From assembly GCF_036971445.1 (NCBI RefSeq), contig NC_091477.1:105648001-105712000 (forward strand): a stretch of DNA of 64,000 nucleotides, given 5' to 3'. This DNA is from Narcine bancroftii (taxonomy: Eukaryota). Of the stretch, positions 24,650 through 37,048 are shown piece by piece. The notes under the pieces are model-generated. The model worked only from the letters and a program-made list of their open reading frames with translations, did not search any database and was not told the origin of the DNA. Position numbers and translations under genes: made by a program. The number at the start of each line of letters is the position of its first letter. Within the stretch, counting starts at the first letter, position 1.

Positions 24650-27600
24650 TAAAATTACTGGAAAGATTAAGAGAAAGCCAAAAAATATTATTAAAGGATA
24701 CTTAAAAAGTGTAACTAGTTGGAAAAAATATGCAGTAAATTCTAACAGAAAAAAAGTGGAGAGGTAGTGTTCCATAAAATTCATCTTGTGGAGAAAATGT
24801 TTAATGGAGAATCCAACTCTCAGCAATTATGAATAAGATGTGGTCTTGTAGAGTTTAGGGCACCATGTAGCAAGTTTAAAAGCAGGGCTTCCAATTATGT
24901 AATCTTAGGATCATTGCACTTCCCATGTGCTACTGAGACAAGAAACAGGAAGATAGTGCAATTTCATGCATGGTTAAGGAGTTGATGCAGAATGGGGATA
25001 TTTTAGGGCCCCTTCCAGGGCAGGTGGGACCTATACAAGAGGGAATGGGTTGCACCAGAACTAGAGGGGAACCAATATCCTCATAGGGAAGTTAGTGCTA
25101 ATTGGGAGGGAGTAAACTAGAATGGCAGGAGAATGGGAACGAGAGGACAGCAAATGGAGGAGTTGAGGGGATGACAGATGCTAAAGCAAACAAGTCTGAA
25201 AAGAAGGACAGGTGAATGATCATAATGACAGAGATGGGATGAAGGCTGTTAATTTCGAAGCAAGAACCATTATAAGCCATGCAGATGAACTTAGAACTTG
25301 GATCAGTATGAAATTGTGTTATTTTGGCCACTCAAGTCTTATCTACAAGTGCCTGAGTTTCATCGTTTTCGACTTGATAGAGGAGGTAAAAGAGGTGCAG
25401 GCATAGCATTGGTAACCTGTGGGAGTATCACTCCTACACTCAGAGGATCGAATGCTGGGCTCAACCAGTGTGAGTAAAGATCAGAAATAAGATGTAATCA
25501 CTCTGAAAGGATTATACAGCCTCTCCCCTACTTACCACCTATCTGACTTATGTTTGACCATACATACTTATGACCAAAAAAAATACTGTATTACATTTTT
25601 TTAAATTAAAAATATGTAAATATAAAAATTATGCTTGGTCATACATTCACCAGTGCCAACAGCTGCTTGCATACAATGGTGGCTGTCAGACAATATCCTG
25701 GTCTTATGTACATCACACCACCTCTCAGGATAAAAGAATGCTGTACAGGTCCAGTGGGCTGTCAGGAGAGCACAGAGCAGTGGGATCAGTGTGGTGACTG
25801 ATAGCATGGGGACTATATGCCACGTTAACATACATCCAACATGTCCATTTCAAAATCTGACCAGTCGGTCAGAACAGAACTCGGATGCATGTCAGGAAAT
25901 GGCTGTACTTTAGGTCTCCCAATAGCCACCGAGATTAGAGGACCAGATATGCAGACACGTTATGGAAAGTGGCAGCCTTCAGTTTCACCCAATATTGACA
26001 AGGATATGCTTAGCTAAGGCAAAATTTATTATGAGAGTTTCTTGAAGTAGCACATAGATAGGAACCAGGAAGAGGGCTTTTACTAGGCTCAGTCCTGGCA
26101 GATGATCAGAGTTTCAGTAGAGCATTTTGGGAACAGTGATCACTATCGGCAACGAAGTGGTTAACGAAGTCATGAACTTCAAATGAGGCATATGCAAGGT
26201 TTTGGAAGCTAGACAAGGCAGTGGAGGAATATAAAGGTTGCAGGAAAGAGCTGAAGCAGTGCAATGGGAAATCCAAAAGGGGTAATGAAATGTCTTTGAC
26301 AAGCAGGATTAAAGACAATCCCAAGGCATATTATACACATTTAAAAAAAAACAAGTGGATGACTAGGGAAAGGGGATAGGATATCTCAAGTGCAAAGGAG
26401 GGAAGTTATGCTTGGCATATGAAGTGGGTGAGGTACTAAATGAGTACTTTGCATTGGTATTAACCAAGGAAAGGAACAAGGAGAAGAGGGAGCAGAATAT
26501 GGAAAATACTCATGTGTAAGAAGATTTTGAGATCAAGAAAGAGGTGCTGTGTCTTCTGAGGACCATTAATGTGCATGTCCCTGGACCTGATGGAATACAT
26601 CCCAGGTTATTAAAGGAGACAAGTAAAGAGATTGTTAGTGTCTTGACAAAGATCTTTCCATCCTTGTTAGTGACAGGAGAGGTCCCAGAGGGATAGAGAA
26701 TAGCTAATGTTGTACCTATGTTCAAGAAAGAAAAAAAGTCCAAGAAATTATCACCAGTAACCCTCACATCTATGGTAGGAACACTATTTGAAAGGATACT
26801 TATGGATAGAATTTATGCACATTTGAAAAGGCATGGTCAAATTAGGAACCATCAACATTGCTTTGTGGTGGCTAGGTCTTATTTTACTAATTTAATTGAG
26901 TTTTTTTGAGATGACAAAACTGTTGATGAGGGTATGGCAGAGGATTTTAAGGCATTTAAAGGTCCCTCATAGTTAGCTGATCCAGAAGGTGTCGATGCAT
27001 CGGATCTACAGTGAATTGTTAGTCTGGATATGGAATTGCCTGGCCTATTGAAGTCAGAAGGTAGTTATTTGGGCCGGAGGCCTGTAACCAGTGCTGTTCT
27101 GCAGTAATCAGTGTTGTGAACCCTGTTGTCTGCAAACGACTTGGATGAAAAGTATGTGGGTGGGCTAGTAAGGTTGATGGCATTATGGACAGTGTAAAGG
27201 GCTATTAAAGAATACAACAGGATATTGATGTTACAAATATGGGCAGAGAAATGGAGTTTAATTTAGATAAGTGTGAGATGTTGCACTTTAGGTTAAATGG
27301 CACAGAAAATAATAGTTAACAGCACAACTCTTTAAAGCATTGATGTACAGTGGGATCTGCTGGTCCAAGTTCATAACTTACTGAAAGTAGCCATGCAAAA
27401 GGAAAGGGTGGTTAAGAACTCATTTGGCTAGTTGCCTTCATTGGGCAGGCCTGTGGAGTAAGGAACTCATGTTGCAGCTATATAAAACTAGTTAAGCTGC
27501 ACTTGGAAGATTGTGTGAAATTCTTTCATTGAGAGTGGATAGTCAGAATCTATTCTTCCATGGTAAAAGCATCACACACTATAGAACATGTGTTGAACAT

Positions 27601-27800
27601 GAAAGAGAGGGAGCTGAGTGGTGCAAATATTTTACACTGAGTTATAGATGCCTGGAACAGTGATGGAAGCAGATGCATTAGTAGCATTTTGGAGGCTTCT
27701 TACAGATGCACATGAAAGGGATGGAGGGAGACCTAAAGTACAGCACATTTATAGTTTGACATGTGGGCTGAAGGGCCTGTTCTGTTCTATTAATTCTATC
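24650..27800 (+). mobile_element. Old CR1 LINE, heavily decayed
   Basis: 'PGPDGIHPRLLKE', 'ANVVPMFKK', 'SPVTLTSMVGTLFERIL', 'TNLIEFF'; CR1-type 3' end gggctgaagggcctgtt...tctat. Confidence 0.8.
25517..25905. mobile_element. Probable TcMar/Tigger-like MITE nested in the CR1
   Basis: TA|CAGCC...GGCTG|TA with degenerate TIRs. Confidence 0.5.
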
Positions 27801-28659
27801 CTTTCCACAGATCCTACATTTACTCTTTTGTTCATTTGCAGATTTTTGTTTTTCATTTGAGATCTGAAATGCTTAACATATACCTGTACATTTTTGATAC
27901 GACACAATGTGCAAACTTGCAATATCCAAACTGCAGTTGTATGCAATTTAAGAGTTGATACTACATACATGCCTTTGGGATCTGCCAAAGATACATTTAG
28001 TCCCCTATTTTTTTCATTTATATGCCGCTCTTGGTGATATCTTCTGCAATACATTAGGGTTCCATCTGTACACTGTTAAAGACCAGGTGAGAATTTATTG
28101 ATTCACCTCAGTCTGCCTCGATTATCATACTATTTTGGGATGATGAATATATCTTTCAAATAATGGCAAAATAAAAACTGCTTTTGGTGTATGCAATGAA
28201 CTCCATTCTTGATCATTGTTCCTGCTCCCCACTGTTAATTTGAACTATTATTCACAACCTCCACATCCTATTTGATTCAGAATTGTACTTTTAATCCCAA
28301 AATGTATCCCAGAATACATGAATATTAACATTTAATCTTTTCACTCTTTCTCATCTGTTGCTGAAATTTTGATGCACAATTCAATAACCTAAAGACTACA
28401 ATTTTGATATTCTTCTGCCATCATTTGTGACATATCATCCACCATCCACTCATTTAAACTGCTAGAAAATAATGGAAGCAAATAACAGTACTTGGGATAA
28501 ATAATGGCTACAATGTTCATGGACCCATGTTGATTCAAATTCACCAATAATTTATTTTTCGTACAAAATCCCTCAATGCTCTTGACTGTCAGGTCCAAGG
28601 ACATTTTACTGCACAAATACAACAGGGAGGGATGATAGGCAGGTGGAACCAGATGGCAG

Positions 28660-29640
28660 AAAGGGATACATAAAGGATATCCAAAAAATAAACCCCAGGT
28701 GATGGGCATCATCCTTCAGCACTTGCACCAGATCCAATAGGATCCCACCACCAACAATATCCTCCCATCTCTGCAGGGACACACATTCACTCCTGTCCCA
28801 GTACTCTCCTCTGCAAATGTAGAAGTTGCAGGGACCTGAACAACAGTTCTAGTTGAGGCAGAAATTCAAGGGCACGTCTTCCAACCCCATCTATTGCACC
28901 CAGTGGTTGCAATTGTGACTTCTACATTGGCAAAACCAGGCACAAACTAGATAACTGTTTTGCAAAGCACCTGCACTATGCACACTGATCATCCAGAGCT
29001 TCTGGATGCCTATCATTTCAACACTCCTTTCCATTCTCACACCAGTCTATGTGTTCTTCACCACCACTGCAAGAATAAACAAAAACTAGAAGAACTTCAG
29101 TAGGCCTCAACCCAATGTCAAAAACACTTAATTTTCTAATGTGTTTCTTTCCCATTGTTTCCCACCACCCCACTCCCCAAGTCCACCACAGTAACTCTCT
29201 TTTGTTCATCTTTTCCATCCATTCTTCCCCCCTGCCCTTACCCAAACTCATCACCCTCCTATCCATCTGCTAATCACTCACACACCCATTTACTTTGGGC
29301 ACCTCTTCCTTGGTTCATCTTTCCTGTCTCCTACCCATTTTTAGCTACCTATTGTCCACAAACCTTTGAGTCACCAGTCTTTTGCTCTTCTGGTAGTTCC
29401 ATGTACCTATCATTTTCCCCTTACCTTGTTCCATCCATTAACCCATCTCTAGTCTATATTCTCCCATGATTCCATCTGTCTTTTCTTCTTGTGCTTCGTC
29501 ATAGCATCAACCAGCCTGTGACTAACCCCTTCTCTCACTTCTATATATTGGCATTCTTCATCCAAAATGCAGATCATCTTTTTGCCTTAGCTCCTACTGC
29601 TTGATCTGTTGAGTTCTTCCAGTTTTTAAAATTTTTTTGC
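28660..29640 (+). mobile_element. Penelope-like element remnant
   Basis: GIY-YIG-like remnant (atctattgc...ttctacattggcaaaaccagg = FYIGKTR), pyrimidine-rich tail, end motif 'gttgagttcttccag'. Confidence 0.6.
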
Positions 29641-31431
29641 TAATGTTTCATCATTATTTCAGATGTCTGATCTGCTAAGTACATCCAGGAGTTTTTATTT
29701 CTAACTTACAGTCTCTTCAATTTTGTTTTTAAAGTTTTAATTCACAAGGATTAGGATGTATTCTCCTGTATTGAAGTTTAAAAAATGTTTTCCCTGTATC
29801 TCAGAGGATTACAGCACCATCTTGAGTCTAATGGAGGTAGTAACCTTATTATGGAATTATATTAACCTTTTTTAAAATCGCTGAAGGCTTTGCAGAAGAA
29901 TTTCAAGGTTACTTTGGATGACGAAAAGGATAGCAAGAAGAATGCAAACAGTTGGAAAAGCTACAGCAATTGTTCTTCTAAGTTGGATATTGTCTCACAT
30001 GTAGGTTACAAATTCTTATACAATATGATCTTGGTATCCAGAAAAATAAAAGATTCATCCATGTTCCTCAACACTTCTGTCCACTAAAAGCATTAACTAG
30101 TCTGGTCGTTGAATCAAAGATAAAATTTACAATTTCTACTGCAATTATTCATATTACTTGGATCTTTAATCCAAAAGAAATGCCTCCAATCATGTACCCG
30201 TTAATATCTAACTGTATTTTCAATTATTTGTTTTTAAAATGATCCTGCAAATGTGCCAGGAGACTATAGCATGGATATTAATATGTCACAAATTTCTGGA
30301 AAATCATACTTATACAAGGAATTATAATTTGTAAAGGAATGGCAATCACACCATACACATTTGATTGGCCATTTGATCTTTGTCCCTCTTTGATATTCAT
30401 TAGGATCATGAATGATCTTGTACATTCTTCCCCCTACCCTGCCTCCTTCCTTGTATTAACCCAATAAACCTAGATTTTCCGAATAACCAAAAATATGTTG
30501 ATTTCAGTCTAAATGTACTCACAGCCTTTGCATGTGAAATTCCAAGACTTTACATAAATGTCAGAACATGGGCAGGTAGAGCCAACAGGAGATGCTTTTC
30601 CTTCGTTTATGCTTTTACTCTTAACCCACCCGCAAGTCTCCCAACTTTACCTTACCTTCTCTTCCCCCCGACTCAATGTTCCATCATTCATTCACTCTTC
30701 CTTGTCCTACAAACCTCTCGTTATACTGACCATCTTTCTTGATGCAAGGTCTAAAGCTAAAATGTCAACATTTCTTTCCTATTCTCTCCCCCCACCCCAC
30801 CCCCCATGCCTTACCATGGATACTGCTTGACCACCAAGTTCCTCTAACGTGTATTTCTTTATTCAAGATTACATCATTTGCAGTCTTGTGTCTACCAAAA
30901 TGCTCTGCCTTACAAACATTCAAGAAATAGCATCCACTATAACTACAAAGCTGGCATTCAGACCCATCCTTAAAATGTTAGTTCTGCATACTCCTCTAGC
31001 TTCAGCAGAGAGAACACTAATAATGACATTTTTGGACAAAAAAAAAAGACTATCCAATAGACAATTATTCTTGGAAAACTGTGAAACTGTTAAATTTTAA
31101 TGTTCAAAAAATTAGTCTGAGCTTTCAAAAATACCAAATTTTGGGAAAATTGTGCTGGATTTACATTTTACCTAATTAAGCATTTCTTGAAAGTAAGAAA
31201 ATTCTGTAGTTGCAATATGATAATTAAGTTTGTTCATTCAGTTCCAGCTCCAGCTATTGTTCCTCAGAAAAAAGCAGTTTAAAAATGTAATCCAAATTCC
31301 ATTTCTTCTTGTCTCACTGTAAAATCAGTTTCAAAGCAGTCAAGCAGATCCATATGGCGTCAAATTACTTCAGAGTGCAAGTGAATAAGCTCACAAGTAT
31401 TCTCTGCCAGATGAAATGTCAGTTATCTCAT

Positions 31432-31527
31432 TTATCCCACAGTCACATAGCGTTCCCCTTTGCTTGATGCCACCGCTATTCTCCGTTCCTTGAGAATTGC
31501 AAATCGTTCATTTAAAGTGATACCAGT
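31432..31527 (-). CDS. FYTTD1: FYTTD1/UIF coding exon 9 (last)
   Basis: [31 protein letters not shown]; matches the recalled human C-terminus TGMTLNERFGILKE...RFVTVG; acceptor ttccttag; phase 0. Confidence 0.93.
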   Translation of the reverse strand, partial: TGITLNERFAILKERRIAVASSKGERYVTVG

Positions 31528-31789
31528 CTAAGGAAGACAAAAACGTTTGTGACAAACATCAAGCCAATTCACACACAAATCTTTCACCCTCAAAGCAAAA
31601 GAAATAAATCAATATTTGTTAAATTTGCTGCTTCCCAAAAATGTTGGATAAAGATAAACACTTGACTATAAGAATACAGGGGGAAAATCTATTTTATATG
31701 GTTACTTTTTGTTTATGGGCAGCTTAGGGGAAGGAAGGAAGGATCTGTAATCTCAAAGGAGTTATATCAGTAGAGAGACATTACCAACA

Positions 31790-32570
31790 TTGCAAACAAT
31801 GAGAAGCTGGAAGAACTCAGCAGGTCAGGTAGCATCCATGAAAAGTAATGATCAGTGTTTTGGATTGGGTCTCTCTATTGAGCCTGAAAAAGAAGGGGTG
31901 TCATTCTATATGAAATGCAAAAGAAGCTTGGTGGGGGGAAAGAAGTTAAAAGGTATTGGACAGAAAATGGGAAAGGTGGAAAGACCACTGGGAGGTAAAG
32001 AAGGAAAGAAAGGTTGAGAGAGAAAAGAATAGGAGAAAAAGGTGAAAATTGTGGAAGCTAAGAGAGGTTAATTAAAATTAGAAAAATCAATGTTCACGTT
32101 AGTTTTGAGATATATGACACATTGTTTCTCAAGAACACTGAGAAACTGAAATGATTAGCTTCTGGAAGTTCAAGCTTAAATCAACAAGCGGACAACAAAG
32201 CAGTTACCCAATCTGCGTTTAAGGTCCAGGTTGGAAGTTGGCAGTGAAATTAATGAAAACTGTCAAATTCTGCATGGGTACAAGAGGTAGCATCAATACA
32301 GTTGATGTAGCTGAGGAAGCCTTGAAGAGTGGTACTAGGATTGGAACAGGAATTGTTTTACATAACTCACTTAAAGTCATGCATACCTGGAGCCCATGTG
32401 TGTGCCTGTGACTACACCCTGGATCTGCAAGGGGTGGGGGGAGGTGAGTGGGTTTGCCTCGGAATATCATTTATTTTTTCCCACTGATGATGCTTGACCT
32501 AATGAGTTCCTCCAGATTATGTTTGGCTTCAGATTCCAGTATCGGTTATCTCGCGTTTCTCCAGTACAGA
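31790..32570 (-). mobile_element. Penelope-like element remnant
   Basis: Flanked by inverted 'ctggaagaactcagcaggtcagg' / 'tgacctaatgagttcctccag' motifs; purine-rich tract. Confidence 0.5.
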
Positions 32571-33035
32571 TGTGTAGTTTTCCTCTAGAGTGGAGGCCAA
32601 GGTGAGAACTGACAGAAGTAAATAAAATTATGAGAGGCAATGGATAGGGTAGACAGTTGGAGTAATTGTCCCAGGATAAAAGTGTCAGGTACTAAAGTGA
32701 GGGTGGGGGGGGGGGGGGGGGGGGAAGGTTTCCTTTTACTGGAGTTTGGAATGGGCTGCCAGGGATGGTGGATACGTTAGTAGTATTTAAGAGGATTCTT
32801 TAAATATGCAGCGAATGAAGGGATATGCATCATTCTGTAGACAGATTTTTTTAGTTTAATTTGGGTGTCATTCTCAGTATAGATATTGTAGACCAAAGGG
32901 CCTGTTCCTGTTCTGTACTCTATGCTCTAGAGTTGCCTCATCTCACTCAAGAATTTGTCAAGTCTGACTCAGGATCTTCATGTGCAAGACACGATATCCA
33001 TTTCAAACCAAGAGTTCAGAGGAGATCATCTAATA

Positions 33036-33261
33036 CAGGGGTTCCCAACCTTTTTATTCCTCTGTACCCCTTGGGCATTTTTATAAGTTCCTGTGTACCC
33101 CTAAAAATTAAGGATAAAAAAAACATGACATTGTGCAATCTGACTGCAGATTACCACACCATGTATTGTACAGTAGTGGTTATTCTCTCAGACCTAATGT
33201 ACCCCCTGAAAAGTGCAAATGTACCACTGGGGTTACATATACCCCAGGTTGGGAACCCCTG
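33036..33261. mobile_element. hAT (Charlie-like) MITE
   Basis: Perfect TIRs CAGGGGTTCCCAACC / GGTTGGGAACCCCTG; exact 8-bp TSD ATCTAATA. Confidence 0.95.
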
Positions 33262-33584
33262 ATCTAATATTACTGTTCTAGATCCACTTCTATAATCCAA
33301 AGGTGTTGCAGGTAATTCCTACAGAACAATTAAGGAATCATGAATGCCTGACACCAGATATCAAACTAAACAACCTGTTTAATTAAAAACCAAGACAAAG
33401 ATGGGGGCTTCAACTTATTTTGCATGGGAACACCTGACCAATGCACAAACAAGAGTACTACTTAGAGTACATTGTGATGGCATATACTCCATGAAGAGAG
33501 CTTTCCAATTAAATAATCTGATTTGGTATTCTGCACAAAAAGGAAGGATAACCTACACATTACATGAAAAAATGTAATGTTTAC

Positions 33585-33711
33585 CTGTCTTCCAACACTG
33601 TTAATGTCAAATTCCAGTGACACCCCTTTTGGTGGTTCCCTTTTTTCACTCGACTCCTTTTTTACTGCAAATGGAATCAATGAAGCGTGTCTGATCCGGA
33701 ACAACTGGGAT
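33585..33711 (-). CDS. FYTTD1: FYTTD1 coding exon 8
   Basis: (E)SQLFRIRHASLIPFAVKKESSEKREPPKGVSLEFDINSVGRQ, similar to human PKGVPLQFDINSVGKQ; acceptor tttttttctctcctag, donor GTAAAC; 127 nt, phase 2->0. Confidence 0.92.
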
Positions 33712-34921
33712 CTAGGAGAGAAAAAAAGTGCTGAAGTACATTTTTCTTTTGTGCAGTTTATGCAAAAACTACCATAGAGGAGGAAAACACTTCATAAATA
33801 AAAAAAGTCAAGGCAAAATATTTTTAGTTTTTAGAGACAAACAGCTTGAATCAAAGAAGCAGTGATAACAAATATACTGCAGTTATCTTGCAAAATGACA
33901 GCTGAAAGCTCAGCTATGAACAGTACAGGAGTGAATAAAGGCTAGACACAAACTAAAAGGAACAGGAAATTAATATGGACAGAGACTGCTGCAGCTTTTA
34001 GGATTTGGTATCGAATTCTTCATCTTCAGGTATCTGTTTTTCTATCTGTTGGAGCTGGCTATTTCTGCTGTGGGTTATCCTGTGACATTAGTTCAGTGTT
34101 TCTACTCTCCAATAGTATAACCTACTTTGTGGGGCATATCACATGGCCCTGCTATTATTGGAAATACAGCACTGATGAGGTGTGGTGGTGTTGCCCTCCG
34201 CTGCCCTATTGACATATTTGTCCAGACCTCATCCTGCAATAGATGTTCCTTTGTCCTGTTCCCCACTTCTCCAATGGAGGATTATAATTTGATCTATAAT
34301 GATAATGGTTCATCAAGTACCAGAAGCATAAACTTTGGTTTCTCTTTGAGGATGCTGCCTAACCTGCTGAACTTCTCTAGCAATGAGTTTATGTTCCACA
34401 ACTCTGTAATGGATAGATTAGGTCAGATTTTCTCTGGACCTTGTAGGCAATCTACAAAATCGCGAGGCACTGTTATGGTGGATAATCACCGTCTTTTCCC
34501 CTGATTGGAGAATCTAAAACCAGTCAGAGGGGAGAGATTTAAAGGGGACTGGAGAGGCAAGTTTTCCCAAAGACAGGGTGGTGAGTATATAGAATAAGAT
34601 GCCAGAAGTGGTAGTGGCAATTACAATGTTTAAATGACTTCAGGACAGGTTCATGGGTCATAAAGATTTAGAGGGATGGGGGTCAAAAGTGAGAAAATTA
34701 AACTAGTTCAGGAAATAACCTAGGTTGGCACGGACAAGTTGAGATAAAGGTCCTGTTTACGGGCTATATAGTTCTATGAAAAGGATACATCTTTTAAATG
34801 TTTAACAGCTCAAACTACCAAACACTTACCCCAAAGCACACAGAGCTCATTTAAAAGGCAAATGCACAAGATAGTTCAAATGGACAAAGAAATCATGATT
34901 TAAAAAAAAACAAAGACGCAC

Positions 34922-34993
34922 TCTGTGTTTTTGGCAGATGGGTTCTGAATGGACACTGTTAAAACACCCCTGCTGGTACTAGGAATGCGACTT
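34922..34993 (-). CDS. FYTTD1: FYTTD1 coding exon 7
   Basis: SRIPSTSRGVLTVSIQNPSAKNT, similar to human GGILTVSIDNP; acceptor ctttttctttcag, donor GTGCGT; 72 nt, phase 2->2. Confidence 0.88.
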
Positions 34994-35223
34994 CTGAAAG
35001 AAAAAGAGTAGTTTAACACAAATCAGTTATGGTTTAAGCTACTGGTATGTGGAAAAAAAAAATAACAATAGCCAGAATTATTTTCTTAAATTCTGATATT
35101 TTATATTGTTGTGGCAAAATAAATACATTTTTATTGATCTGCTTCATGGTGGGGGAAAGATAAAGTACACCCGTTCACCTCAAGAGTGTGGTTCTTGCAT
35201 GAAGAATTTCCATATTTATATAA

Positions 35224-35530
35224 ATGTAGCGGCCCACTGCCCGACAAGCGAAGTGGCACTCAAAATGGTGGACTAACGCGGCAAGCATGGAAAGCCCATG
35301 GCCTTCACGCACCAAGAGCCTGCACAGCAGGAACAGCAGCCAATCAATGGCCAGTGACATAACATCTGCCTGCTGCGGGGGGTGGGGGGGGGACAGAGAA
35401 AGGAAAGGGAAAAAAAGTACTGGGCTAAGTGGCAGGAAGCTGGGTCTATAAAAGCAGGGCTGGGGAGATCAATAAATCAGTCTCGACTTCACTTAGACGT
35501 GTGTGCGTGCCTCTCTCACTCTCTCTCTCA
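35224..35530 (+). mobile_element. Probable solo LTR
   Basis: Starts TGTAGCGG; contains CCAAT, TATAAAA and AATAAA in LTR order; 3' end unclear. Confidence 0.45.
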
Positions 35531-37048
35531 GAAAGACTAGGTACTCTGGGCCCAGTGCCTCCAAACAGCATGGACAACAAGACTTTAATTCCCAATGACT
35601 TCAGAACCAGCAAGTGCGTTTTTGTCTGCGGGGGACACACCAGGCACCATTACAACAGCCGCATGTAGGACCGTACCAAGCTGATCAGGCACAATGGCTC
35701 AACATGGGTGTTGGACATAGGCAGGAAAGAAGATGCATTCACTGTTGACTGCACACCTGGACACAAACCACTGGTCAACACACCTACCACGTTGCAAGTG
35801 CAGCCTGCCCAAGCAAAAGCAAACCACAACCAAGAATGTCAGTGTCCACATTGCCTGTTCTGGTGTTGGGGGTCCTGTAGTGACCTGCTACCTGGCAAGC
35901 AAACCAGCACTCAAAATGACGGACTAACATGACGAACACTGAAAGCCTGCACACACTAATGACCTTCACAGGCAGTAGTGCTTTGCTACACTGTCATTAT
36001 AATAGTTTCACCAATGTGTCAGTCTAGATATCATCACTGAACTAACCAAAAGTCAGAAAGAGCATAATGTATTGTTCTGACAGCATCCCTACATCATGAT
36101 CAATTTACGTGAAGATTTCCTTTGGCAAACTTAGTCTCATTTGGGTGAGAATAAAGACATACCCAAGCCTCCAAATGTCAAGGCCTCCATTATTATGGAA
36201 TTGGCACCATGATCTCTAAATATTTTTCACAAAAGTTACTAGGATCCTCTGGCCTGAGGTAATCTCTACAATGACTTTCCAATGGACTGCTCATTTTTTT
36301 TCTTCATACTGGGAAATCTGCTAACTTGCTACTCAAGACAGATTTGACTTTCGAAAGGGCACTTTTCACAATATTGTCGCATGACATGTAAGTTAATCAA
36401 ATATGCTATTTCTATTTATTTTGTCATGTATCAGTCTGATTTCAAAAATTACCAATTTTGTCCACAAATATAAAATATTTCCACAAGCTAGAAGTTTTAA
36501 AACCCCACTACATTTTACTTGACTTGATATGATGGACCTAGTTGTCCATATGATGGAACTGCACTGTTCCATTGATTATTAATTTTCCAGTCAATAATAA
36601 AGATACTCAGCAAGAACACTTTGGCATAGATCAACAAACTCAGGCTGAACTACTTACTGATCAACCATAGCAGCATAAGAATCAGACAACCACCTGAAAA
36701 ACAAGATTAGAGATACATTCAGATTTTCTATGTTCAAATATGTTTTTTATTAAGCATATAACAAACAGACACCAAAACAAAACAGATGCTCAAAATTTGA
36801 AATACAGAACTGGAAATGCTATTAATATTCAGCAAGTGAGGCAATGTCTAGAGAAAGAGATGCAGGGAACATTTCAGGTTTGATAATCTTTCATCAGAAT
36901 TGAGCAGGAATGTGGCAAATGAAAGATACCAATTCCACATATTTCAGGTTTCTTGAATCAAATACTAATAACCCAGACTGAGGTCTCAGGTCATCATGCA
37001 GCCAAAATTTAAAACCTGCTCAAAGTGCTAGTAGTGTGCGATAGTCTT

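Noticed and set aside
29650-31431. FYTTD1 poly(A) site / 3' UTR end
   Set aside because: Several AATAAA/ATTAAA candidates on the minus strand (~31097, ~30857, ~30166, ~29695); none can be singled out without transcript data
34060-34115. Alternative FYTTD1 exon 7 candidate containing W-R and D-N-P
   Set aside because: The motifs are in different frames with stops; 34922-34993 fits better in sequence, splice sites and phase
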